64,000 bases of DNA from Candidatus Babeliales bacterium (GCA_963743635.1 CAVUQO010000003.1:224001-288000); one strand, 5' to 3'; shown: positions 52,680 through 62,017, counted from the stretch's first letter. Numbers and translations are program-made. The notes: generated by a model not told the origin, from the letters alone.

Positions 52680-53840
52680 TTAAGAGGTTAGGTAATTGAT
52701 TGTCTCTAATTTGTATAGTATTTTATTGTACCACTTATTCATTTTTTGCAGATTAAGACGCGCAGTTGTAGCAACTTCAAGATCATCTTCTTGATCAGCT
52801 GCCGCGTTCAAGTATTGTTGAGCTAGCTCGCAGGCGCGGGTTGATGGCTCAACAAGATTGTAATACAAACATCCAAGCTGTAAGTTGGCGCGACATACGT
52901 CTGCAGGGCGTGCTTCTGGATTATTGATGATATGCGAATAATCGCTCGCTGCCCTATGAAGATAAAACTCCGTAAGAACTTGCAATTGAGCTGAATCGAT
53001 TGGCACGTTTTGATGGCGATATATCCCAAGGATAATATGGGCCATCTGCGAAGATAATGGAGATCCAGGACCGGCCTCATCCATTATTTGCTTATAATAT
53101 TCGATTGCATCACGAATATTCCATTCTCCTCGTTCTCCAGTACGGCACATCATTGCCATTATTTGCTTTGCCGTCACTGCTACAGTACGATCAATAGGTT
53201 GTTGAGCAAGTTGTGCATAGCATTCATATGCTTTTTCTGGATTCAGCTTTCGCAGTTGGCGAGCACGCTGATATTCTTGCTTGATTCGATTCTCATAAAA
53301 GATTTCTTTCCATTGTTTGTTGGGATCTGGGAGCATTGAAAAATCATGGTAGGAGCCATTATGCGTAAAAGCATCTTTAAATGCTTTATTGAGCATAAAA
53401 TAATCAATGGACAGTATCGGCAGCGTATTTACTGGATTTTTATATTCCCTTGAAGGCTTAAACTCAGGGCGTCCATAACCCCCAAGCCAATCATTGAGAG
53501 TGTTAGCATCATAATAGTGCACATATTGCTTTTGATTTTTTGTATCATATGTTTCGACGCGCGCCATTAGATAGCTATGGCCGAGATCATGCTCATTTTT
53601 AATCAGCTCGTGAAAGGGCGTGTGTGTGAAAGTTTCCCTTTCATCCATTTCAAGCAATTCATAGAGTTGAATATCGCCACGATTTTGTTTTGGCAGAACA
53701 ATGATTTTATTCTCCATCTGGTGGTCATTATTATCCACATGATTATCTATATGACGATGATAGGTGCGGCCAAAACAGTCCATACCCATCAATGATAGGG
53801 AGGAGCTGGTTGCGAGCAGTAATAATAAAATTCGTTTCAT
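52680..53840 (-). CDS. Secreted protein: shared ARV/YDA/KNP domain plus TPR/Sel1-like helical repeats
   Basis: Domain shared with 54613..55404 and 55924..56613; helical repeats (A.E.Y, LG.LY..., A..YL..AA.Q). Confidence 0.75.
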   Translation of the reverse strand: MKRILLLLLATSSSLSLMGMDCFGRTYHRHIDNHVDNNDHQMENKIIVLPKQNRGDIQLYELLEMDERETFTHTPFHELIKNEHDLGHSYLMARVETYDTKNQKQYVHYYDANTLNDWLGGYGRPEFKPSREYKNPVNTLPILSIDYFMLNKAFKDAFTHNGSYHDFSMLPDPNKQWKEIFYENRIKQEYQRARQLRKLNPEKAYECYAQLAQQPIDRTVAVTAKQIMAMMCRTGERGEWNIRDAIEYYKQIMDEAGPGSPLSSQMAHIILGIYRHQNVPIDSAQLQVLTEFYLHRAASDYSHIINNPEARPADVCRANLQLGCLYYNLVEPSTRACELAQQYLNAAADQEDDLEVATTARLNLQKMNKWYNKILYKLETINYLTS

Positions 53841-53849
53841 AAGAGTCCC

Positions 53850-54599
53850 TTATATATTTTTTAATCCGCCGTCTTCAGCCCATTTTTTAAAGTAGAGCGC
53901 GCGGCGGTACGGGTTTGGATGCGTTGCATTTTCAATAGTTTTTATAAGTTCTGAATTATTACTGCGGAATATCGCGAGTACGCTCGCGATCAAATCGCGC
54001 TGTTGAGGATCTTGTTCATTGAGCCATTCTTGCTGTAACTCTTTATACTCTCGATCGCCATCTTTCATGGAATAGTGATATTGATTTAAACAAAGATCAG
54101 GAAATCGTTTTAAACCAGCGTCAGCTCGTTCTTCAAGGCTGCGATTTAATGTTAATAGAGCATTTGGGGTGTTTCCTGGATTCATGTCTCCCACGAAGGA
54201 AAAATTATCATTTTTAAGTTTTTGCGAATCCAGCTGAGCTCGGAGTAAGGTTATGCCATGATCTTCTTCCAGATGCGTATGTTCGTGTATCGTGTGCGCT
54301 GTTAATGTTTTTAAATCACTGCTTTGAATTAATCTATCAAAGTACTCTTGATCGAATATGATATGTTTCGAAACAGTAGTTAAGGTTGACTTATCAATGT
54401 TATGCACAAAGTGTGCCGGAGATTGAGTTTGTTTCATAAGGCCAGGGTGAGCCGTAATTGGATATTTACAGATAAAGCCATAGGCGTTTGCTGCAAATGA
54501 TTGTAGTCGGGCAATTGCCTGTGGGTTTGCGTGCGTGGCGCTGGTCAATAGACTTGCGGCTACAAAAATGCTGAGTGTGATAGTTTTAATGTTCATCAT
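53850..54599 (-). CDS. Secreted HExxH metallopeptidase-like protein
   Basis: IHEHTH, EERAD, THP....R. Confidence 0.7.
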   Translation of the reverse strand: MMNIKTITLSIFVAASLLTSATHANPQAIARLQSFAANAYGFICKYPITAHPGLMKQTQSPAHFVHNIDKSTLTTVSKHIIFDQEYFDRLIQSSDLKTLTAHTIHEHTHLEEDHGITLLRAQLDSQKLKNDNFSFVGDMNPGNTPNALLTLNRSLEERADAGLKRFPDLCLNQYHYSMKDGDREYKELQQEWLNEQDPQQRDLIASVLAIFRSNNSELIKTIENATHPNPYRRALYFKKWAEDGGLKNI

Positions 54600-54612
54600 G
54601 ATATCCTCTCTG

Positions 54613-55404
54613 TTATTCCATAATTTGGTGTATGCGGATGGAGTAGTCGCGTATTGCATTACGCGTCAAGTTGCAACAACAATGTGGCGGCTGCACTTCG
54701 CTTTCATCTTCATCTTCATATTCATGGCGCCAGGCATAACCATAGTGCCTTGAGCAATCGTCGGGACATGATAGCATGTCGCATATGGCTGTGCATGGGA
54801 TCACAATAGGAGCAGTGCATAGGCAGCATGCTGCCTTCCATTTACTTTTTTTCGGGCGTGGAAATATTTTATTCCACGCGATATGGGGCCACCATGAATT
54901 TTTTCTGATTGCTTCATAAGACCCGAGGTGTGTGCATGTCATGTCTGGAGTATGACTGATGCGGAAAAAATCAATATCTCTTATTGGTAGATTATTGTTC
55001 GGATTCTTAAATTCTGTAGGGACTTTAAAAGCATCAAGATGATGTTTTCTGATAATCACATTTAATGCAACAGCATCATAATTATGGCGATAAATTTTAG
55101 GTGCGATTGCCTCTTTATTGGTATCGTCCGTATTTACTGGATCATCCTGCGAGGTCACGCGGGCTAAAATATAGTGTTTTCTTGCGGCATGCGCTGCCTT
55201 GATGAGCGTAGAAAAGCTTTCGCAGGTTAATGGTTCGTCCTCATTAATATCGAGCACTGTGCCAGGGTTAGGTTCATTAGGGCACGGGGGTAATGCAATG
55301 ATGTTTTGCGGTGCACTCAGTGGACTCAAGAGTACATCTGTCATGCCCCATAGTGGTGCATAGAGTGATGCGCATGCGGCGACTAACAATGCTATTCGTT
55401 GCAT
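54613..55404 (-). CDS. Secreted protein: shared ARV/YDA/KNP domain plus Cys-rich tail
   Basis: EPLTCESF..LI...HYILARV...NYDA..LN...KNPNNN. Confidence 0.75.
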   Translation of the reverse strand: MQRIALLVAACASLYAPLWGMTDVLLSPLSAPQNIIALPPCPNEPNPGTVLDINEDEPLTCESFSTLIKAAHAARKHYILARVTSQDDPVNTDDTNKEAIAPKIYRHNYDAVALNVIIRKHHLDAFKVPTEFKNPNNNLPIRDIDFFRISHTPDMTCTHLGSYEAIRKNSWWPHIAWNKIFPRPKKSKWKAACCLCTAPIVIPCTAICDMLSCPDDCSRHYGYAWRHEYEDEDESEVQPPHCCCNLTRNAIRDYSIRIHQIME

Positions 55405-55432
55405 AAGGTTTCTTCCTTTTTCAATAAGTCGA

Positions 55433-55867
55433 TTATTGACGATTGTTTTGCACCGAATTTATGAGCTTTCTTGTTAACGGGCAGGTACCAAAATTCCTGC
55501 ATGCTTGTTCGGGCAGAGAAGCATTATCATAATCACCTGGAAAGACCTCACAATTTTGGGTATCGCAGCAAAATAGGCACCATCCAAGAGTCGCGAGAAC
55601 AGGAACCGCAAGTAACGCAGCATCGCCAGCAAGATGACATGGCAGGCACGTGATTTTTGCATAACGGCACGCGTTATTGACGTTGTTTGTTGCGGCCTCT
55701 TCAGTATGCATAGAGCGGGCCTTTGGGAGTTCCGGGTTGCGCTGAGGATAATGGGCCGTTGATATTTCATGTATAGGCATAATTTTATTGTCCATAGCCA
55801 CGATTGGAGCTGCACAGTTTAGTGCAACAATAAGCGTCATAAGATTCATATTTATTTGGTTTTTCAT
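55433..55867 (-). CDS. Secreted small Cys-rich membrane-associated protein
   Basis: Signal peptide; Cys-flanked hydrophobic segment; similar layout to 52056..52436. Confidence 0.65.
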   Translation of the reverse strand: MKNQINMNLMTLIVALNCAAPIVAMDNKIMPIHEISTAHYPQRNPELPKARSMHTEEAATNNVNNACRYAKITCLPCHLAGDAALLAVPVLATLGWCLFCCDTQNCEVFPGDYDNASLPEQACRNFGTCPLTRKLINSVQNNRQ

Positions 55868-55923
55868 GGTTTTCCTTTTCTAAGAAAGTGTATTTTTTTA
55901 CCTTATATATTTTTAATCCATTG

Positions 55924-56613
55924 TTAGAATGGGCAGTGATTACTGGCGCAGATTATTGTTAAAAAGAGGCCACCACCAAAAATGCCTCCAGCAGTCATAC
56001 TGATTGCTAGTGCTTGCCACCTGGGCATTTGATAGCCGAAAAATCTTTGATTTTCAACATCTCTTTCAGGTATGCGAGGATTTTCGATAACTATAGGCTC
56101 TGGAAAAAGCGTATTCCACTCTGCAAGAGTTTTTCTTCCTTCTGCAAAATCATTGTACGAGCATTTATAGGTACACACGTTATTTTTACCGATTGCAAAG
56201 TAATGAGCATTGCCGATGGGGTCTTGCGTGATTGGATTGTTATATGTCAGCGATGGGCGAAAAGCAACGGCATTATTGGGCTTTAGTATTGCATTCAAGC
56301 TTTTGGCATCGAAACAATGCGTGTGTCCATTTGATTCATTATCGACGCGCGCTATTAAGTAATCCTTGCCTGCTGCATGCGCTTCGCTGATTAATTCGGC
56401 AAAGGGTGCAACCGTTAAACTTTCTGTGTCAGCAGTATTCAGGCTATAGTCGCTATCTTGAGCATTACGTTTAGGTACTGTGATGGTGCTTGGGATATTC
56501 TCTTGAACCACAGGTTGAGCGTTAAGCGCTGTCAGAGGAATGACCTGATTGTGCATACCAAAGACTGGCGCTGCAAGAGTGATTGCTATAGTGAGTGTTA
56601 GTATCTTTTTCAT
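55924..56613 (-). CDS. Secreted protein: shared ARV/FDA/NNP domain plus C-terminal TM helix
   Basis: ESLT..PF.ELI...GKDYLIARV...CFDA..LN...NNP. Confidence 0.75.
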   Translation of the reverse strand: MKKILTLTIAITLAAPVFGMHNQVIPLTALNAQPVVQENIPSTITVPKRNAQDSDYSLNTADTESLTVAPFAELISEAHAAGKDYLIARVDNESNGHTHCFDAKSLNAILKPNNAVAFRPSLTYNNPITQDPIGNAHYFAIGKNNVCTYKCSYNDFAEGRKTLAEWNTLFPEPIVIENPRIPERDVENQRFFGYQMPRWQALAISMTAGGIFGGGLFLTIICASNHCPF

Positions 56614-56840
56614 TATATCTCCATTTTGGGGTTAATATTATACATTTGTAACTTTTGGGTAATCCGGTGGTGAGCGGCCATTTGGCAATATTAAAGGGGT
56701 AAAGTATCCTTTATTCTTGCCGCTTTATAGCTTCATACCTATAGTCTAACATATGCGCATATTATTTCAAGTGGAAAATATAAACAGGGTAAAACAGCCT
56801 ACAAAGGCACCCCTTGCTGGGGATGGACGAGGCTATTTGA

Positions 56841-57353
56841 CTATTTTGGCTGGGGGATGGCCTTGATAATGACCAAGAGATGGCTCTTTTGCCCATTTTG
56901 GACCGTTTTGAGGGATGTCAGGGCCAGGGTGCCAAATACCTGTTTTTGATTGAGGGCTGCCAGGCATTCCTGGGCGCGTTGCCGGGAAGGGGCCAGGAGG
57001 GTCAGGTTGTGATTGCCATCTTGGGCAATAACGCATTCATGTAGCTGGATATCCTGCGCAAGAATGGCATTAAGGGCGGCTAATTGCTGATGGGTTATTT
57101 TTTTGCTGTTTGCACGCTGTTGGCTCTCTTTTTGTTGCGTTTGCAGTTGAGTATATTCTTGTGCGAGGGATTGTTGGGATATATATGATTTTTGGTTGTG
57201 CATGACGTGCTGGTACGTGCGCCATTGCATGATATAGGCGCTGCACATGCCGATGAGCATGAGCATAATAAGGATGCATGAAATGGTATACCAGCGGGCG
57301 AGTTGCAGTTCGGCGTACGGTGTATAAGGATTTGCAAAATTTATCTTATCCAT
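56841..57353 (-). CDS. PilN-like bitopic membrane protein
   Basis: KINF N-terminal motif, one TM helix, coiled coil, then a ferredoxin-like alpha/beta pattern; coupled to the upstream gene. Confidence 0.55.
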   Translation of the reverse strand: MDKINFANPYTPYAELQLARWYTISCILIMLMLIGMCSAYIMQWRTYQHVMHNQKSYISQQSLAQEYTQLQTQQKESQQRANSKKITHQQLAALNAILAQDIQLHECVIAQDGNHNLTLLAPSRQRAQECLAALNQKQVFGTLALTSLKTVQNGQKSHLLVIIKAIPQPK

Positions 57354-58050
57354 GACTGTTTCCAATAATAAAAAGGCCAAGCGCCGTTCTAATGAAAGGC
57401 AGTTCATCATCGTTTTTATAGTGTAGTGGAATAGTGATCATGCGAGCAAGTATGTCGCGATTTAAGAGATTATTCCAGTGATGATTATGACTTGCAAGGG
57501 TTTGCGCGAGATGTACACGCCGAAATGCGGGGCCCTGCATTTTTTTGTACAGATTCAGATGCGCATACCAAGAGCTCGTGAGTGTACTCACGTTCAGATT
57601 GGCCATGCGAGCGAGTATGTGATATTGCAAGAGTAGTTCGCGCGGTATTCCGCAGGCGTAAAACGTGTGCAGTGCATGATCAGTAGGGTACAAATAACAG
57701 GAATCCCAAATAAGTGGATCGGGTGATTCTTGAAGCAGCATGGTAGCTGAAAGTGTTGGTTCTGGTGCGCGCATGATGAGTTCTGTAATCCCAGGGCCAT
57801 TTAAAGCACAGGAAACAAAGGCGTTTTGTGCGTCATGGGCTTTAATGAATGCGGCAATTGATTGGCTGATGGTGCTCATGTTATAAAAGCGCAGGCGCAA
57901 CATTTCTTGGTGTGTGAGGGTGTAACGTTGATAGGCGGTTAAGGCGTACGGAGCTGCGCCCGATGAGGGGCTGATGATGCTGCAGCTGAATGCCTGCTGA
58001 TCAAAGGTGATAAGCAGATGGCGGTCACGAATGAGATGCCCGACTATCAT
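57346..58050 (-). CDS. Hypothetical protein, possibly divergent PilM-like
   Basis: Directly upstream of the PilN-like gene; C-terminal TALGL. Weak support. Confidence 0.45.
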   Translation of the reverse strand: MIVGHLIRDRHLLITFDQQAFSCSIISPSSGAAPYALTAYQRYTLTHQEMLRLRFYNMSTISQSIAAFIKAHDAQNAFVSCALNGPGITELIMRAPEPTLSATMLLQESPDPLIWDSCYLYPTDHALHTFYACGIPRELLLQYHILARMANLNVSTLTSSWYAHLNLYKKMQGPAFRRVHLAQTLASHNHHWNNLLNRDILARMITIPLHYKNDDELPFIRTALGLFIIGNSHG

Positions 58051-58936
58051 AACGTCTCCCGACAACAATACGATCTTTACCTTCTAAATCTTTAATAATC
58101 TGCGTGTCGTGATATCCCGCATTATCCATAAGTTTTTTAACGATTGGACCTTGGGCGTATCCGATTTCGATAATGAGCTGGGGAATTTTGTGTTGCTCGA
58201 GCGCATTATTGGGTTTTAAAAAGCGTGGTGCAGATTCAATAATCCGCTCAATGATTGCGAGGCCATGATCGCTTGCCACCAGCGCCTTTTTATCTTCCCA
58301 ATGGGTGACCGAAACATCGAGGGTACACCATTCATCTTCCGCAATATAGGGCGGATTGGAAACAATAAGATCAAATTGTGCGCCTTGGGGCAGCGCATTA
58401 TATAAATCTGATTTAATGCAGGTGACGTTAGTGACGTTATTATGGTTGGCATTTTCTTGCGTGAGTAGCAGTGCTGACGTTGCGATATCGATGGCAGTAA
58501 TGGTAGCGTAGGGAAATGTTTTGGCGAGTGCAACGGCAATGCAGCCGCTGCCGGTGCATAAATCAAGAATGACCAGCGACCCTTCCTCAGGATGAGCGGA
58601 ACGCAACTGATCAATGAGATTGCAGGTCCATTCTTCTGTTTCAGGGCGTGGAATAAGTGTTGGCGGTTTGACGATGATATCGACATCATTGAACGGCACG
58701 CTGCCCAAAATATATTGGATTGGCATGTGTTCATCGACAAGCTTATGTAGCCAGTCTTGTAATTTATTATGATCGGATGTGGATAAGGGGATGGTCTCTT
58801 GCACAATGAGTTGTGCCTTTGGTTTACCGGTTAATTTTTCCAGTAACCACCATGCATATTGATGACATTCCGTTGCGTCAGGATAGACCATACGCAACTG
58901 GTGTTCGCTATTGTGAATAAGATCGATAACTTTCAT
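58025..58936 (-). CDS. prmC: Release factor glutamine methyltransferase PrmC/HemK
   Basis: PIQYILG, LIPRPETE, LDLCTGSGCIA, SNPPY, EIG..Q, KDL.G.DR. Confidence 0.96.
   Translation of the reverse strand: MKVIDLIHNSEHQLRMVYPDATECHQYAWWLLEKLTGKPKAQLIVQETIPLSTSDHNKLQDWLHKLVDEHMPIQYILGSVPFNDVDIIVKPPTLIPRPETEEWTCNLIDQLRSAHPEEGSLVILDLCTGSGCIAVALAKTFPYATITAIDIATSALLLTQENANHNNVTNVTCIKSDLYNALPQGAQFDLIVSNPPYIAEDEWCTLDVSVTHWEDKKALVASDHGLAIIERIIESAPRFLKPNNALEQHKIPQLIIEIGYAQGPIVKKLMDNAGYHDTQIIKDLEGKDRIVVGRRYDSRASHS
58580..58599 (+). repeat. Minimal family-A element within prmC
   Basis: CCCTTC-CTCAGGATGAGCGG: both family flanks with the inner hairpin absent. Confidence 0.7.
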
Positions 58937-59034
58937 GACCCCATCGTAGCATGGTCAAAAGGGGATTGCTAGTTTTTAAGTGCGCGTTGCGCATAAGTGG
59001 ATAAAAATGCGAGCTATAGGCGATTGTCCTGGTT

Positions 59035-59187
59035 TTAAACACCAAAGAATGATGAAAACCATTGAGTCCATGTAAATACTGGTGTGCCATTTCTCATAAG
59101 ATTCGGCGTATCTTTCGTAGTATTTGGATCGACGTCTTTGCGACATTGCTCGAGCGCTTCTTGCATGAAAATATTACGTTCGTTCAA
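59035..59187 (-). other. Orphan C-terminal tail module of the peptidase array (50-codon ORF from TTG, or a frameshifted remnant)
   Basis: Manual translation (M)NERNIFMQEALEQCRKDVDPNTTKDTPNLMRNGTPVFTWTQWFSSFFGV aligns with the C-terminus of 60996..62015. Confidence 0.8.
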
Positions 59188-60076
59188 ATTCTCCTCCTAA
59201 GATTTGCGTAATGCCCTCTAAGACACGCTGATTCTTTGCGATATTTTGAACATAGAGATCATCTGTAAATTCTTGGTGCTGATTTGCGCCTTTAAGGGCG
59301 CTATATATTAGAGCGATGCTTTCGTCATGTGTAGGGTACTTATCACTGCCCCGTCTTTTACTGCCAAGGCCATCTTGTGAAAGATCAATCAGAATTTTTA
59401 ATTTGTCCTTTAGAGATGCAGTATTATGAGTTGCCATAGTCTTATAAGATGTATAGTCCGCTTGATATTCGTAGTGTTGGTAGGTCGCGGGATCATTGCG
59501 TCTCCTAAATTCATTGCGGTCCCTAAATTCAATGGTAAGACATGATAACGCGCTTGTTAATGCCACTACCTCGGGGGGGGTGCCAGATGTGCCTGCTAAA
59601 TACCATGGTATTACCAATAAACCGAAGTTTAATAGAATTGAATGGTATCCATGCGAATGGTATATATGTCCGCATTCATGATAAATAGTGTCTATTGTGT
59701 TCGTAATGGAATGGATATTTTGATCGTGTAGCTTCAGTGCTTTTTGATTGAGTTTCACTCTTCCAGCGAGTCCACGCGTTGAGTCTGCCATTCCCAGGGG
59801 CGTTTCTCCTGGTTTCTCATCCGGTAGGCTCATGAAAATGACGGGTCTTATAATGCCCGTATGTTTCTTTGCTTCATAGCATTTTTTAAGCACGTCTGGC
59901 GAAAGACGCATGCGATCAGGTAAGCGTTCTGAAATATAGCGATCTGCGTGGCTCAGAAAGCTCGCTGCTTGGGTGGCACTTAATGTCGCAAGAAAGGCAA
60001 GCGGAGAAGCAGTTGTCGGCAAGGTATTGCCGAGCATTACGCTGGCAGCGATGAGTGATATAAATTTTTTGTTCAT
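59174..60076 (-). CDS. Secreted HExxH metallopeptidase-like protein (array member 5, most divergent)
   Basis: MNKKFISLIAAS signal, TIYHECGH, EYQAD, YPT..E. Confidence 0.8.
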   Translation of the reverse strand: MNKKFISLIAASVMLGNTLPTTASPLAFLATLSATQAASFLSHADRYISERLPDRMRLSPDVLKKCYEAKKHTGIIRPVIFMSLPDEKPGETPLGMADSTRGLAGRVKLNQKALKLHDQNIHSITNTIDTIYHECGHIYHSHGYHSILLNFGLLVIPWYLAGTSGTPPEVVALTSALSCLTIEFRDRNEFRRRNDPATYQHYEYQADYTSYKTMATHNTASLKDKLKILIDLSQDGLGSKRRGSDKYPTHDESIALIYSALKGANQHQEFTDDLYVQNIAKNQRVLEGITQILGGEFERT

Positions 60077-60078
60077 GA

Positions 60079-60993
60079 TTATTTTCCCCCACCAAAGAAT
60101 GATGCGAACCATTGCGTCCACGTTGTGCCATTTCTCATAAGATTGGGCGTATCGGGACGCTCTGCGGGATTAATGCCTTTACATGCTTTTTCAGTCATAG
60201 CGATATATTCGCCAAGAGTTGGGTATATATCACCCCTAATTCGGTGAGAGTTTGGATATATATAAGACAAATATTTGTAATATTGATGTTGTTCTTCAAG
60301 AGCACTGCAGTACCCTAATTTCGAAAGCTTCTCAACAGCACCTTCCTCGGCTTCAGTTTCCCATTGTGACCGTCTCGATGTGTATTTGGCATACGCGGTA
60401 TCAATCGCTAATGTAAGCGCAAGACCCGCCAAGGCTGCTGGCTTTTTGAGTTTTCTGAAATCATGTTTCAAATTAATTGGAACTTCTGGTGGTGTCCCCG
60501 TTCGTATAGTTGTTGTTATGAATGTGGCGTACCATCTCAAATATTGGCACAATAGTCCCATGAATCCACAGGCAACTGCGCGTTGCATTCCTCCATGATT
60601 ACGCTCCGCATGCGTTAATTCATGAGCGATGGTAGTTGTGTTGGAATCCTTTGAGGAGTGTTTATTCATGTGGCCTTCATTAAGTTGTACTATTGCAAAT
60701 TGTAAGGGTCCAACGCCAGTACTCCATGCGCAGCCAGATATTTTAGGATCGTATGTTCTAGCACAAATAATAGGAATGTTAATTTTCAATTCTTCTTTCA
60801 TGTATTTGATTTCATCGCGGTATTCTTGAGATAAGCGCAATTTCTGCGGTAACATGCTCGAAATATATTCGTCGAGTGGTACAGATTCTGTTTTTGGCTT
60901 GCCAAAATAAAAGTTGTATCCAGCCATTGCATGAATGTTTGGTGCGGCGAGTATAATGCTGGCAGCGATGAGTGATATAAATTTTTTATTCAT
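60079..60993 (-). CDS. Secreted HExxH metallopeptidase-like protein (array member 4)
   Basis: TIAHELTH, ETEAE, YPTLGE, WTQWFASFFGGGK tail. Confidence 0.8.
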   Translation of the reverse strand: MNKKFISLIAASIILAAPNIHAMAGYNFYFGKPKTESVPLDEYISSMLPQKLRLSQEYRDEIKYMKEELKINIPIICARTYDPKISGCAWSTGVGPLQFAIVQLNEGHMNKHSSKDSNTTTIAHELTHAERNHGGMQRAVACGFMGLLCQYLRWYATFITTTIRTGTPPEVPINLKHDFRKLKKPAALAGLALTLAIDTAYAKYTSRRSQWETEAEEGAVEKLSKLGYCSALEEQHQYYKYLSYIYPNSHRIRGDIYPTLGEYIAMTEKACKGINPAERPDTPNLMRNGTTWTQWFASFFGGGK

Positions 60994-60995
60994 GA

Positions 60996-62015
60996 TTATT
61001 TCCCACCAAAAAATGATGCGAACCATTGCGTCAAGGTAGCGGGTGCAGGCTCAATTGGCTTAGGTAATAGTGGGCCATTTCTCATAAGATTCGGCGTATT
61101 TTTGGTTGTGCCTGGGGCGACATCTTTGCGACATTGGTTGAGTGCATTTTTCGTGAAAATATAACGTTCTTGTAAAGTGGGATTGGTTTTTCCAGATGGT
61201 CTAAAATCTGCTATTTCTTCAATTGTTTTGCCTTCTTTATCTAACTTTTCCATCATCCAAACGTTATCATCTTGAAACTCTTCTAAAGCTTTACAGTATC
61301 CGCAATTGGCCATAGTCATGACTCCGCCTACATCGGCAGCAAGTTCTATTTTGCGCCGTTGCGCGAGAGCTTCTTGGTCAGACTGTGGCTCTAGAGCATC
61401 TATGGTATCATCTATTTTTTTAATACCTTCGATGGTTGCAAATTTAGTGGCGAATCCAGCGATTAATAATGAAAGAGGAGCAAACTGACGTTTTGTGCGA
61501 GAAAGGATAGATAAAAAAGCGCTGCCCAATGCAATATTTCCAAAAATATTAAGACTATCTTGCAGTGAAGCCAAACTCCATTGCGTGCGATGATCTTCAT
61601 TCTTTATATGGGTAAGTTCATGGGCAATGGTTTGAGTATTATCATGAGTTCGGTTGCGCTTGGTTTCTCTGGCTAAAGCTTCTTCATTCAGACGCAAGCG
61701 CGAATAGAAAGCATAGTTAGTGGCTGATGCGAGCACTCGAGGGGGCATGGCTTCATGTTTAACAATGATAGGAGTTTGAATGCCCATGACCTTTTTCATC
61801 TTAAAAATTTCATCGACGTATTCGGAACTAGGCCGCTTATCTTTGGGTTGGATGTGTTGGGTGTAGAATTTATCTGGCTGTAGGAGTTCTTTAAAAGTCC
61901 AGGTTTGCTTTGCAGCATCAAAATTGAAGCTGTATCCAGCCATTGCATGAATGTTTGGTGCGGCGAGCATTACGCTGGCAGCGATGAGTGATATAAATTT
62001 TTGTACCCTAAACAT
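60996..62015 (-). CDS. Secreted HExxH metallopeptidase-like protein (array member 3)
   Basis: TIAHELTH, ELAAD, NPTLQER, TQWFASFFGGK tail. Confidence 0.8.
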   Translation of the reverse strand: MFRVQKFISLIAASVMLAAPNIHAMAGYSFNFDAAKQTWTFKELLQPDKFYTQHIQPKDKRPSSEYVDEIFKMKKVMGIQTPIIVKHEAMPPRVLASATNYAFYSRLRLNEEALARETKRNRTHDNTQTIAHELTHIKNEDHRTQWSLASLQDSLNIFGNIALGSAFLSILSRTKRQFAPLSLLIAGFATKFATIEGIKKIDDTIDALEPQSDQEALAQRRKIELAADVGGVMTMANCGYCKALEEFQDDNVWMMEKLDKEGKTIEEIADFRPSGKTNPTLQERYIFTKNALNQCRKDVAPGTTKNTPNLMRNGPLLPKPIEPAPATLTQWFASFFGGK

Positions 62016-62017
62016 GA

